Positions 53,380 to 63,797 of a DNA stretch of 64,000 nucleotides are shown here, one piece after another. Each line of letters opens with the position of its first letter. Positions within the stretch are counted from its first letter, which is position 1. The notes below the pieces were generated by a model. The model was not told the origin of the DNA. It saw only the letters and a list, made by a program, of their open reading frames with translations, and searched no databases. Where the stretch lies: positions 342,471-406,470 of IMG/VR virus record IMGVR_UViG_3300044797_000098. One strand, written 5' to 3'. The position numbers and the translations under genes are program-made.

Positions 53380-53605
53380 TGAACTTTTTACCTTACTGAA
53401 TTACTGAATGCTGGCTTTAACAATTTTCCCGTTTTCAATTTCGACACACACGCGGTCATCTCTAATATCACTCGGATAGTCATGAAACATTTCATTATCA
53501 ACTCTAATGAGTCTAAATATTAGATTCATTTTTTCACTTTTATTATGTCCACCTGTTTTACTTAAACCAATAAAATCATTTGCTGATAGGGTCATGGTAT
53601 TTATC

Positions 53606-53845
53606 CTAATTAAATGTGTGTCCAGCTTCTAATGCATCCTCAGTTTTATTAAAACTTTGTATAACTCTAAATTCAAAATTGGAAACGCCATGCTTTGACA
53701 TGGCTCTATGTATTAGTCTGTGTTTATCATATTCAGGATTTTCGGAAGTATAAATATGTTCTTGCCATCTGTATTTAGAGCAACTTTGTCCGATATACAT
53801 TTTACCATTTATAGTATTCAATATCATATATACATATGTTGTCAT
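53606..53845 (-). pseudogene. Truncated GIY-YIG endonuclease
   Basis: YVYMILN..NGKMYIGQS..RW.EH..AM.KHG..NF; stops after 79 aa. Confidence 0.75.
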
Positions 53846-53927
53846 ATTTCCTTATTTACACTGTGGCACCACTTTACCACTACATGTAAATATATCATAA
53901 TATTGAATATTTCAAACTTTTTAACGA

Positions 53928-54089
53928 TTACTTCTTCCTCCGCAGATCAACGACATCGAAGTGCTTGGAATTACCGCATTCCTTTTTCAGATATCGAGAT
54001 AGGCCATGAATGGAAGAATGCTCTTCCTCTTGCTCCATATCGAAAATGGAATAGAAAAACTGCCTAACTTTATTGAATAGCGATTTCAT
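53928..54089 (-). CDS. 53-aa hypothetical protein below the ORF-track cutoff
   Basis: MKSLFNKVRQFF..DLRRKK*, directly after promoter 54116-54144. Confidence 0.55.
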   Translation of the reverse strand: MKSLFNKVRQFFYSIFDMEQEEEHSSIHGLSRYLKKECGNSKHFDVVDLRRKK

Positions 54090-54115
54090 TTGACTTACTT
54101 CTTTTGGCTACCAAT

Positions 54116-54144
54116 ACTTTAACCACGCCCGAGCCATCCGTCAA
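54116..54144 (-). promoter_or_regulatory. sigma70-type promoter
   Basis: TTGACG-17nt-TAAAGT. Confidence 0.75.
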
Positions 54145-54449
54145 GGTGTAAGTCTATTGCCTACACGACGGGAAACACGAAACATTCTTTGTCTCACCAC
54201 TAATTCTATCCACAACCACAACACATATTACACCATCGACACCACGAGGGACCGACAACACTTGGAACCTGTCATCATATTTCAATTCTGGTGAGACAAC
54301 AATCCTTTGTCCAGTCGAAGGTATAATAGCATTTCCAACTTGCCTATCATCATTTGATGACCACATTGCTGCAATAGCAAACACCGCACAACATATAACT
54401 CCAACCGCAATCAATAATCTAACAACTGGTTCCATACAATCATATCTAA

Positions 54450-54908
54450 TTATTCCAAGTCTTTCAACACCTTACATGACAAACATTGAAACTTATTTTC
54501 GGGCAGATTAGGATCACCATGAGGCGCTGGAAGATTACAACCAATACACTTTCTATTTGGTGAAACAACTATCTCTTTTTTCAATTTCACTAATGTATCA
54601 CGACTAACCCATTCATAAAACATATAATCAGATGCGTTGCTTGCCATTGTATATCTTCTGGTATCAGATTTCCATTTATCAGCAGCGTTCTTAACGGGAT
54701 TTCCACTTATACCTCTTAAACCTAAGGCTTCATTAGAATGCCACCCAATACACATTTCATCAGAATAAAACTTACCAATTATATCAACTTCAACTTCATC
54801 TTCATCAAGAACAATATCACGAATAATATCTGATACCACGATATTTCCTTTGCTCTTTCTAATAAGAACTGTATCTCCTAATTGACAATGTGATATACTT
54901 ACAAACAT
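54450..54908 (-). CDS. Zn-finger-tail family protein
   Basis: SPNRKCIGCNLPAPHGDPN..FQCLSCKVL. Confidence 0.8.
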   Translation of the reverse strand: MFVSISHCQLGDTVLIRKSKGNIVVSDIIRDIVLDEDEVEVDIIGKFYSDEMCIGWHSNEALGLRGISGNPVKNAADKWKSDTRRYTMASNASDYMFYEWVSRDTLVKLKKEIVVSPNRKCIGCNLPAPHGDPNLPENKFQCLSCKVLKDLE

Positions 54909-54928
54909 TCTAATAATTCCTCATATTT

Positions 54929-56137
54929 ATGATGGACTTCACTTATCTTCTCAAAACTGCTAATGATTTCAGGAAACTTGCGGAAGAACCATATTCCAAG
55001 ATTTTCGGCGATGATTTGTTATCATACATTCTATCAGCAATAACTCCGGGCAGATTTAAAAGGGAAGAGTTTTCCAGTTATATACAAACCAATCGAACGA
55101 TGCTTAACCAGATGAAAGGCGCCATTGCTTGGAAAGGTAAAAACGAAAAAGGCGAACTTCAAGGAATAGATAGGAACAATAATTTCATTCTACTATCAAA
55201 ACAACCTAATCCGCCAAAAGATTACGATACAAGATCAATGTCATTGTTGAAAGGCGTTGGTGCCATTCCCACATTGTATTTATACACAATGAAAGAGCAC
55301 GAATACAAACCAAAAGATATAGATTATCCAAAAGAACTCGGACATTACTCATTCATAATGCAAGCGTTTTTAGAGATGTTTCCTTGGTTAAAAACCGAAA
55401 GCAACACCGAATATAAGAACAACATATTGGAGTTCGTGGAAACGAATAAGGCTAAAATAGATCGCTTACGAAGACAATTTGATTACGAACCAACATATAT
55501 GAGTTCGGGATCATCTGGCTCGACATTCGCTGTTGGTCAGCATAGGATACTAAAATTGTTCAAGGATCATTCAGAATATCAAGCAGCACAAGCAGCAATG
55601 GGAAGGGTATTCAAGGGTCATGGGATGGGGAAAACGGAAGCATATATTGATGATGCTGGAATGCTTGGAACATTCTATGACAATATCGTGTATTACTACA
55701 TACAAGAAAGAATGGTAGCATTGAATGCATTATTTGCCGATGATATGGATACCGGTGGATATATGGGAGAGATATTATGGGACATTAAGGAATTGTTCCA
55801 AAAGAACAAGCCTATATTAGAACGATTGCGCAAGATGGTTAATCATCCAAGAGCATTGGACGCAGTTAGAATGATTGCAAACCGAATGGCAGACAAGGTA
55901 AAATCAACAAGCGGTCAGAAAATTGAGCACATTGGCAATGCAATGAATGAACGCGTTGGAATAAGAAAAGATTGGCTCAATGTATTGATTGAGGATATGA
56001 TCACAAAATACATAACCGGTAGAACCGATCTGCATGCTGGCAATCTCGGAATAAGTAATCGAGGTGGTGGAAGCGTGATCTATTTTGATAGCGCATTCAG
56101 AGAAGGTAAAAATAGATCTGATATGATCAACGTTTAA
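54929..56137 (+). CDS. Protein-kinase-like (PKL fold) protein
   Basis: SSGSSGSTF glycine loop, ILKLF lysine, IQE hinge, DLHAGN catalytic loop, YFD. Confidence 0.75.
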   Translation: MMDFTYLLKTANDFRKLAEEPYSKIFGDDLLSYILSAITPGRFKREEFSSYIQTNRTMLNQMKGAIAWKGKNEKGELQGIDRNNNFILLSKQPNPPKDYDTRSMSLLKGVGAIPTLYLYTMKEHEYKPKDIDYPKELGHYSFIMQAFLEMFPWLKTESNTEYKNNILEFVETNKAKIDRLRRQFDYEPTYMSSGSSGSTFAVGQHRILKLFKDHSEYQAAQAAMGRVFKGHGMGKTEAYIDDAGMLGTFYDNIVYYYIQERMVALNALFADDMDTGGYMGEILWDIKELFQKNKPILERLRKMVNHPRALDAVRMIANRMADKVKSTSGQKIEHIGNAMNERVGIRKDWLNVLIEDMITKYITGRTDLHAGNLGISNRGGGSVIYFDSAFREGKNRSDMINV

Positions 56138-56721
56138 CGATGTCCGCCTCCGTGGCCACCGCCACCATGCCCACCACCGCCAGCATGACCACCATTGCCA
56201 GCATGTGGAGCACCAGAGTGTTGTTGTGGTGCAGTGTGTTGCTGAGGCGCGGAGTGCTGTGGTGCTGAATAATGTTGAGATTGAACATGTTGTGCGTGAT
56301 TGAACGATTGAGGATGATATCCATTACCATTCCTTGCCCAGCCGTGTTGTTCATGCCAACCGCGTTCATGATAATATGAGCCGTAATGATCGTGATACCC
56401 AGCCCAATATCCATGATGATAATAACCGCCATACCAATAACCATATGGTGAGATCCAAGAATGAAAATACCAATCATAATATACATAACCACCATTTACC
56501 ACATAATAATTACTACATACTTCTCTTTCACCCCACTGATCAACGATAACTATACATCCATATTGTGATATGCCAGTCGGGAATACTTCCGCCCCAACAT
56601 TTCCTTCAGCAACAACGCCTTCTTGTGCCTGCACTGTTGCAGCACAACCAGTCATTGCTAATCCGGTTGCCAACACCAATCCTAATAGCATTTTTTTCAT
56701 GTTCATTCTCCTTTTATTCAA
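56134..56721 (-). CDS. Predicted lipoprotein with aromatic/His-rich and Gly/His-rich tail
   Basis: MKKMLLGLVLATGLAMTGC lipobox; APQQH repeats. Confidence 0.75.
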   Translation of the reverse strand: MNKRRMNMKKMLLGLVLATGLAMTGCAATVQAQEGVVAEGNVGAEVFPTGISQYGCIVIVDQWGEREVCSNYYVVNGGYVYYDWYFHSWISPYGYWYGGYYHHGYWAGYHDHYGSYYHERGWHEQHGWARNGNGYHPQSFNHAQHVQSQHYSAPQHSAPQQHTAPQQHSGAPHAGNGGHAGGGGHGGGGHGGGHR

Positions 56722-56910
56722 TGTGTATTTTCACCAGCGATTGAGCAATCCATACAATCACAACTCTTATAGTTTTCTATTTCTACTACAATACCTAAAT
56801 AAGCACCATCCATATCCCAACATTCTTGACCAACGATCATATCATTTGCAATGGCAAAATTACCATGAATAAGCATAACTTTCCTATTAGGCGTTAGCCA
56901 TCGTTCGTGA

Positions 56911-57833
56911 TTATTGGTTGAGTTGGATATCTTGATTAATTTCATCTATCACCTTACACGATATGCATACGAAGTTATTCCCATTATTTGGTTGAGCATG
57001 CGGTGCTGGCAGATCACATCCAATACATTTTTGATCTGGATGCAATATAATGCTTTTCGTTATATGTTTAACCATCACATGACAAGGTATCCAAACGCAA
57101 TAATCACATTGATCATATAACGCTGCGTTCTCTGCCACGAGATATTCATCTGAATATTTGCCCCAATCTGTTAAATAATTGGAATAAAATGTCTGCATAT
57201 CATATGATGATTTTTTTACATTACTACGACTAAAAGCAACGCACCTACCTAAATTAGAACCGCCTGTATATATGGCAACAACATCACCTTCCATATAATA
57301 GCGTCTTATATCCACACCCCAAGAGGAAACTCTATGACCCTCATAATAACAAAACTTAATGCGCTCACCAATATCAACTGTGCCCATAGAAACAATATCG
57401 CTCATTGCAGTTCCCTCAATACTTTACATGATATACATTGAAACTTATTATCTTTTGTATTAGATTTCGCATGAGGTGCTGGCAGATCACATCCAATACA
57501 TTTTTGATCTGGTGATATAATCATATCAATAATTTGGACAATAAAATCTGGTGTAACCCATTTGTAATATCTAAACTCTTTGTAAGATGGAATCATTTCA
57601 TAATTATCAGAAACAGTCCATCTGTGACTATGAGACGGAATATCTCTTTGACCAAAATGCTTATATCCCTTCCACGCAATACATCTCTCACCTGTTCGAG
57701 TATAATTACCAATGATCCGAACATTCAATTCTGTAATTGGTGCTGAATAATTGATGGGGACAATACAGTCATTATATACACCGACAAGCACGTCCGTATC
57801 GAGTGCTACATCTTTTATTTGGACATGAGACAT
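56911..57833 (-). CDS. Two tandem Zn-finger-tail family proteins (56911-57405, 57402-57833)
   Basis: Both carry PDQKCIGCDLPAPHA..N....F.CISCKV. Confidence 0.85.
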
Positions 57834-57989
57834 TTATAGCACCGGGATTACAAGATAGTAATCATCTGATTGTGTATCAATGATGTGAGATACATGCGTC
57901 ATATACAATCTCGCATAGACCCATGCTTCATGAAAGAGGTCAAAATTGTCAATGAGTTTTCCACGGCAGACGAGTTTATACATGTGAGT

Positions 57990-58018
57990 AATATAGCCAC
58001 GAATGAGTGGCTTGTCAA
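57990..58018 (-). promoter_or_regulatory. sigma70-type promoter; leaderless ATG at 57983
   Basis: TTGACA-17nt-TATATT-6nt-ATG. Confidence 0.85.
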
Positions 58019-58069
58019 TGTCGGACGATGTGGGATACGGATGAATTGGTATTATGTTAGGAGAATAAT

Positions 58070-58783
58070 ATGCACATAGCACTAATTTCACAATCAACAC
58101 TTGTAAGTAATACGGATGCTAAAACAATAGCAGACGCTTGCCAAGCACAACTAACGAACGATTTTCTTCCCGCATGGAATATGAAAGAGGCATTTTGTGC
58201 ATTCTATCCGGATAAGAGTGTGATACCAAGTAATTATTGGGTGGTCAATTTGCTTGATAACCCAACACAAGCAGGGGCATTAGGATACCATAGCGTTGAT
58301 AATGATGAAATAGATGCATTCGTATTTGCTCAACCAACATTAAGTAATGGTGGTGTTGTCCTATACGATATGACTAATCCTCAAAATGTTAGCGTTGCAA
58401 GCGTTGTTTCTCATGAGATACTCGAGATGGCTGGTGATATGTATGCTAACACATATTGTGATTTTGGAAACAAGAGTTTTGCACTTGAAGCATGCGACGC
58501 AGTTCAGGGGAATAGTTATATTGTTTCTGTTGATGGCAAGAATGTTTCAGTATCAGACTTCGTTTATATGTCATATTTTGATCCGCAAGCAACTATAAGT
58601 GATAGACCATTCAATCATCTAAATACACTGACTGCGCCGTTTAGTATTGCACCTGGCGGGTATCAGATTGTAAGGGCCTCTGGTCCGGGTTCTGAAACAC
58701 AGGTCTTTGGTGATGCTATGCCAGAATGGGTAAAAGAAACCAAGAAAACTGCTTTTGCTCGTTTTGCATTAAGGACTAAATAA
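58070..58783 (+). CDS. Putative zincin-like metallopeptidase
   Basis: ALGYH, SHEILEM..D, E.CD.V. Confidence 0.6.
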   Translation: MHIALISQSTLVSNTDAKTIADACQAQLTNDFLPAWNMKEAFCAFYPDKSVIPSNYWVVNLLDNPTQAGALGYHSVDNDEIDAFVFAQPTLSNGGVVLYDMTNPQNVSVASVVSHEILEMAGDMYANTYCDFGNKSFALEACDAVQGNSYIVSVDGKNVSVSDFVYMSYFDPQATISDRPFNHLNTLTAPFSIAPGGYQIVRASGPGSETQVFGDAMPEWVKETKKTAFARFALRTK

Positions 58784-58798
58784 CAATCACATTAAATA

Positions 58799-58829
58799 GA
58801 AAAAGAGGAATGGATCTCTCCATTCCTCT
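58799..58829. terminator. Hairpin between convergent genes
   Basis: AGAGGAATGGA-TCTC-TCCATTCCTCT with an A-tract on the left. Confidence 0.75.
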
Positions 58830-58859
58830 CCTTCATTTACTACCGCTTTTCTTTACTTA

Positions 58860-59885
58860 TTACTGTTGTTGTGATACTTTCACGAGACGGACAACAATCG
58901 TATCAACTCGACGATTGCTTGCATCGTTTGGCTCACCCGTTGCACCGAATGCAACTGGATGTAGTGATGCAGCATCAACGCCTTGTGTGCCAAGGAAGTT
59001 TGCTACTGCATGAGCGCGATTGTTTGCGAGCACGAGATTTGCCGTGCTATCACCTTCTGCACTTGCATAACCTTCGACAACCAACATAAAACCTGCTGGA
59101 AGTTCTTTGAAGTCTGTTGCAAGTGATGTTAGCGCTGTTTGTGCTTCTGCACTAACAACGAAACTGCCCTTGTCGAATTGAACTGATGGTAGAACCAATA
59201 GTGCCGAACCATCTTGAACTGTATTGACTGGAACTGGAACTGCAACTTGTTGCATGACTGTGTGCTCTTGAACAACTGTTCGTGTTTGAACAACTGGTGC
59301 AACTGCAACATGCTTTGATGGGAAGTCGAATGACATGCTTACACCAGCAGTGCCGATGCTTGGATCTTCACGATTGAGTAGTGGTGTTTGCTTGTTTGCA
59401 GCGTTGTATGTATCGAGAACTTTGTCCCAACCAACATATACTCCGAGCCAAGATGAATGCTCTTGATTGAGAGCAAAATTAACACCAACTTGTGTCATGA
59501 ATGCTGGGTTCCAGATTGTGCCTTGTTTTCCGGCGCCCAATGAACCTTGAATGTATGGATACCAGCCAGCGTTATGATTGCCTTGGACACGAACTGTGCC
59601 ATCGAATTGCCATAGTGTGGATTCTTCGGTGTTTGGTGCCGAACGCGGTAGATATACGGATGATACTGTTGGTCCAATTGCAACGTTTGGAACGATTGCG
59701 AATAGGCCATCTACTTCACCTTGCGCACCGATATTAAAGGTGTTGCGATTTACGACGTCTGCATTGGGGGCTCGTAGATTTAATGCTGGGCCACCCTGCG
59801 CATTAAGTGTGAAATCTTCTGCGGAAGCAAAAGATGTAATTGATGCAAGTGCTAATGTTGCAAGAACTGTTAATGTTTTCTTCAT
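58860..59885 (-). CDS. OmpA-family outer membrane protein
   Basis: Signal peptide MKKTLTV..ASA, beta-barrel-like N-domain, V.F..GS..VEGYAS.EG....N..LA..RA.AV..FL..NRRVD. Confidence 0.88.
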   Translation of the reverse strand: MKKTLTVLATLALASITSFASAEDFTLNAQGGPALNLRAPNADVVNRNTFNIGAQGEVDGLFAIVPNVAIGPTVSSVYLPRSAPNTEESTLWQFDGTVRVQGNHNAGWYPYIQGSLGAGKQGTIWNPAFMTQVGVNFALNQEHSSWLGVYVGWDKVLDTYNAANKQTPLLNREDPSIGTAGVSMSFDFPSKHVAVAPVVQTRTVVQEHTVMQQVAVPVPVNTVQDGSALLVLPSVQFDKGSFVVSAEAQTALTSLATDFKELPAGFMLVVEGYASAEGDSTANLVLANNRAHAVANFLGTQGVDAASLHPVAFGATGEPNDASNRRVDTIVVRLVKVSQQQ

Positions 59886-59948
59886 TGTGTTTTTCTTTCT
59901 TTGTTTTAGGTTAGTTAATTCAGAATAAGTTTCTACTCTGCCCGACAC

Positions 59949-59977
59949 AATGTAAGGCTGAGTCGGCGGGTTGTCAA
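59949..59977 (-). promoter_or_regulatory. sigma70-type promoter
   Basis: TTGACA-17nt-TACATT. Confidence 0.85.
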
Positions 59978-59994
59978 GACCTGCCTGTAATTAT

Positions 59995-61374
59995 TTACAC
60001 TATCGCTCTTTTACGAATGTTTTCGAGAGTATCATCCACCAATAACTCTCCGTTCTCATATACGGTTCGCATTACTGATAACGGACATTGAATATCATTA
60101 TCAGTCAATCTAATTGTTTCAAGTTTTCCATTACGATTAATTAGATCAAGACGACCTGCTTTGCTTCGTTTTCCATGATCTGTAATTGGATCTTTGAAAA
60201 CATCAACTTGCTTGCCATCAACAATAGCGCTACTACATTTCATAGCGAACTTATTGGTATCACGGTTATGTTGCTGCAATAACGCACCACCCATACCGAA
60301 TGCAACATTAGATGCGCTATAACCATTAGCGAGCAACTTTTCAAGAATGATAGCAATCATTCCTTCATTAATACCATCACCCTGAATAATACGAACATGA
60401 TTCAACACACGATATCCTTTTGTATTGATTGTATGTCCAAAAGATTCATCGAGTAATTGCGCTGTTTTCAAAACAACATCGGGAGGATGACCGGAGTCTG
60501 GACGAATAATAACCGTTGCTCCGCTATCAATAACTTCGCCTTTCAACTCGCTACCCCAATACTTACTGATAGCATTCCATAAATCATAACTATCACTAAC
60601 CACCGCTACAAGAGCACCGGGCTTCGCGAACTGTTTTAGCATATTACGATATGCATCACACTCTCTATCTCTACCCCAACTTGTAATTGATGAATGTTCT
60701 GCTGCCGAGATAGAGAATGCTGACATATCTATATGATAGAAATCATTAGCACATAAAACACCTACATCTGTATCACTTCCCATGAAGTTAACCAAGTGTG
60801 ATGCTCCACCAATCATTGCTGATTCTTGACTGGATACACCCCGACTCCCAAAATCATGTAGTTTGAATGGTAATTCTGCTTCTGTATTATCTGCTGATTT
60901 ATCGAGAGCAGCCTTGATTAGTTTCTTGATTCTCCAACTGATTGTCGCAACATTGGTCGGATACCACACGCGAAGCAACGAGGTCTCAATCCAAGAATAA
61001 ATCCAAGGAACTTTCGTATCTGTTAATTCAACTGTAATCAGTGCATTGTGCGATGGAACAACTGTTCCTTCTGGAACCGCACGAATGCGAACTGGAATCT
61101 TACCACCAAGATCTTTGGCGATATACATCCATCCATCGTAATTGAATACTCCCATATGAGCCTTGAAAAACTTATTGGCTCGCTCGACTTCATCAACTGT
61201 GATACGATGAGTTAGGTATTCTTTGAGATAGTATTGCAATCCGAAGAATACTGTTTCTGGATGCTCACCTCCACGTGATTCAACATAACCGAATAGGCTT
61301 GTTGTATTAGGAGGATATTGTAAATAGTGGCTTGATTTATAACTGTCTGTGTCGAATATAATGCTGTATTTCAT
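59995..61374 (-). CDS. nadV: Nicotinamide phosphoribosyltransferase
   Basis: TDSYKSSHYLQYP, LHDFGSRG, AAEHS, VVSDSYD, IRPDSG, IIQGDG, FGMGGALLQ. Confidence 0.97.
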   Translation of the reverse strand: MKYSIIFDTDSYKSSHYLQYPPNTTSLFGYVESRGGEHPETVFFGLQYYLKEYLTHRITVDEVERANKFFKAHMGVFNYDGWMYIAKDLGGKIPVRIRAVPEGTVVPSHNALITVELTDTKVPWIYSWIETSLLRVWYPTNVATISWRIKKLIKAALDKSADNTEAELPFKLHDFGSRGVSSQESAMIGGASHLVNFMGSDTDVGVLCANDFYHIDMSAFSISAAEHSSITSWGRDRECDAYRNMLKQFAKPGALVAVVSDSYDLWNAISKYWGSELKGEVIDSGATVIIRPDSGHPPDVVLKTAQLLDESFGHTINTKGYRVLNHVRIIQGDGINEGMIAIILEKLLANGYSASNVAFGMGGALLQQHNRDTNKFAMKCSSAIVDGKQVDVFKDPITDHGKRSKAGRLDLINRNGKLETIRLTDNDIQCPLSVMRTVYENGELLVDDTLENIRKRAIV

Positions 61375-61420
61375 TTGACTCTCCGTCTTTGTTTAATTCA
61401 ACGAACCCTCACTGGGATCG
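61372..61420 (-). promoter_or_regulatory. nadV leader motif (two hairpins)
   Basis: CGATCCC-AGTGA-GGGTTCG..GAC-GGAGA-GTC-AA-ATG. Confidence 0.6.
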
Positions 61421-61433
61421 CTTACTGTTTGTT

Positions 61434-62459
61434 TCAGTTGCCATCATCGTTATTGATGAAGTTGTAAATTATATGCCAATGATCCTCAAAAAACTCTGAA
61501 CTCCTCGTATAATACTCTGCAAGAGGAAGCCAAAAGGCTTTGTCTGCGTCGGAATCACCCTTCACAAGATTCAGGGCACCAATTCCAAGATTCAATTTGA
61601 ACGCCTGAGTAATTGTTCTTCCTCTAAGTGAGCGACGAGGATGATCGAATGTTTTTTCCCCTTTAATAGCAGCGAACAATGTTCGCTTATCGAGATCGAT
61701 GCTTGTTTCTTCTTTTAGTTCTCTAATTGCTGCTTCCCTGAGAGTTTCATTCTGTTCAACGAATCCACCCGGAAGAGCAAGCAATCCTTTACCATACTTA
61801 GCACGACGTCTAACAAGTAAAATATGACCTGATTTAATTACTACTGTATCGACTGTTTGGAAGGTAGGCGGAAACGGGGCTCCCTCCCATGCCGACTTAT
61901 ATTCATTCAATTCATCAAAACTATCTTTGAGATATGAAAACTTCTTGGAACGTTTAAACTCTTCCAACCAACGAGCAACGTTCTCTGGAACGTATTGTCG
62001 ATACGAAACATCATGAGTAAAATACAATTCACGAATACCAGTGGCATGTAGTTTATGTTGCGTCTTATAGTTAATGAACTCCCAATCAGGGAATGAATCA
62101 AGGTAATAAGAAGTGATATCTGACTTATGTCCAACGAGAGCAACATGCTTAGAACGATCTGTGATATCGAGAACTTTTTGTTGAATCTCAATTAGCCAAG
62201 TGTTCTCATTGTATAGATAGTCTCGAATAGGAAGAACTATAATCCTATCTTTTTGTTCTGGGGTTAGAACTGACTCAATAATATCGTGTCGCTCTCTCGA
62301 CGAGAACGGATCACGAGGATCGGATGCTTTATCATGCGAACCAACAATAAGAATTACCTTATCACCAATGGATAGGGCAAGATTAAGAAGTTCCATGTGA
62401 GCATTATGGAATGGCTGAAAACGCCCAATAACAATCGCATATTCGTAATCTAATTTCAT
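61434..62459 (-). CDS. natV: Bifunctional NMN adenylyltransferase / Nudix hydrolase (NadM-Nudix)
   Basis: IGRFQPFHNAH; Nudix box GGFVEQNETLREAAIRELKEET; RGRTIT; FEDH. Confidence 0.95.
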   Translation of the reverse strand: MKLDYEYAIVIGRFQPFHNAHMELLNLALSIGDKVILIVGSHDKASDPRDPFSSRERHDIIESVLTPEQKDRIIVLPIRDYLYNENTWLIEIQQKVLDITDRSKHVALVGHKSDITSYYLDSFPDWEFINYKTQHKLHATGIRELYFTHDVSYRQYVPENVARWLEEFKRSKKFSYLKDSFDELNEYKSAWEGAPFPPTFQTVDTVVIKSGHILLVRRRAKYGKGLLALPGGFVEQNETLREAAIRELKEETSIDLDKRTLFAAIKGEKTFDHPRRSLRGRTITQAFKLNLGIGALNLVKGDSDADKAFWLPLAEYYTRSSEFFEDHWHIIYNFINNDDGN

Positions 62460-62577
62460 TTTGACTCTCCGTCGTTAGTTAGAAGTAAATCCCCTCTCTG
62501 GGGATGCAAGAGAAACTACCTTGCAAGTAGATGCTGTCTTATGCCCATAATGTAAGTCCCGCTGTGCAGCCTGTCAA
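62457..62577 (-). promoter_or_regulatory. Promoter (62549-62577) and natV leader motif
   Basis: TTGACA-17nt-TACATT; ATCCCC-AGAGA-GGGGAT..GAC-GGAGA-GTC-AAA-ATG. Confidence 0.75.
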
Positions 62578-63363
62578 GACCCACGCCAACAAGTTTTCAT
62601 CTCAACAATTCACTCAATCTAATAAATCTCAATAACTCTTCATCGCTTGGACGATGGTCATAATCTTTTACCGACTCGCCTCTATACCATACACTGGCAG
62701 TGTCATACTCTCTAACAATATCTAATCCATCACATATATCATACCACCTATCGGATAGATCGTCATACAACGTATATTTATGATCTTCTTTATGACATCG
62801 TTTCCATTCCCTGTCATTGGTCAAAAGATCTTTACATATAGGACAATAATGTTCTTCGTCTAATAATTCAGACATTTGCTTTGAACAGTATTTCTTTTGG
62901 ACATTCAGGGTTATTCTTTTCAACAAAATACATTAGATACATATCACCCATGCAAGCACCATAAGCAAGTATCTTTCTTCCCTCTGGATGATTTGCAATA
63001 CGACGATCGTATTCTTTAAACTTCGTGATATCAGCAGTGAATAGTTTCCCATCGGGTGCCATTACTTCGAGAATGTTTCCATTGAGATTTACAATGGCAT
63101 CGGGAAGATCCCAGGCGTATTTTGATGGAAGATTTTCTGTATCTATATGATGATAGTAATCCGTCATCATTGCGTCAAGGCTTGGATATCCCTTTATTCC
63201 AGCGGTTTTTTCGATCCAGAAACCAAGGTCAGTGGCATGCAAGCGGAATGCAGTTCCGTCAGTTAGGACGAACTTTGCGATTGCTTCCGCTGCATTTGGC
63301 GGTTCAATGGCAGCGATTGTCTTACCTTCGAGGAGAGATTGGAGTTCTTTGAATGCGTTATTG

Positions 63364-63797
63364 TTATTTGCCATTGTTATCTCTTTTGATTATCTTACCA
63401 CAACGAACACATATATCATGAACATAAATTAGATTAGTAGATGCGTTCTTTATTGCATCTGCTAATTCATAGATCGAACAGCCAGATGCATTATTAAACT
63501 TAACATTATTACCATTATGTTTTTCATCATAACGAGGCTCGAACTTATGGACATTATCTTCGCAAGATTTAAACCATAACATTATTCATTCTCCTTTATA
63601 TCAATTCTATCCACAACATCTCCGCAATGAACACATATATCATGAACATAAACTTTGCGAATATAATAATCTCGCGTAAATCCTTTGTATAATTTATCAG
63701 TATAGGTTTTCAATGCTCCGGGGATTTCTACCTCATCATATCGGGCTTCGTATTTGTGCTTACCCGTAAAACTTACGCATTGATTTATCATTGTCAA
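63364..63797 (-). CDS. Tandem paralog pair of small Cys/His proteins
   Basis: Both have C....HK(F/Y)E.RYDE..YVHDICV.CG. Confidence 0.8.

Noticed and set aside
965-63432. Most plus-strand ORFs in the track (for example 8903, 11259, 16343, 40166, 44099, 46523)
   Set aside because: They are antisense shadows of well-supported minus-strand genes and lack recognisable motifs.
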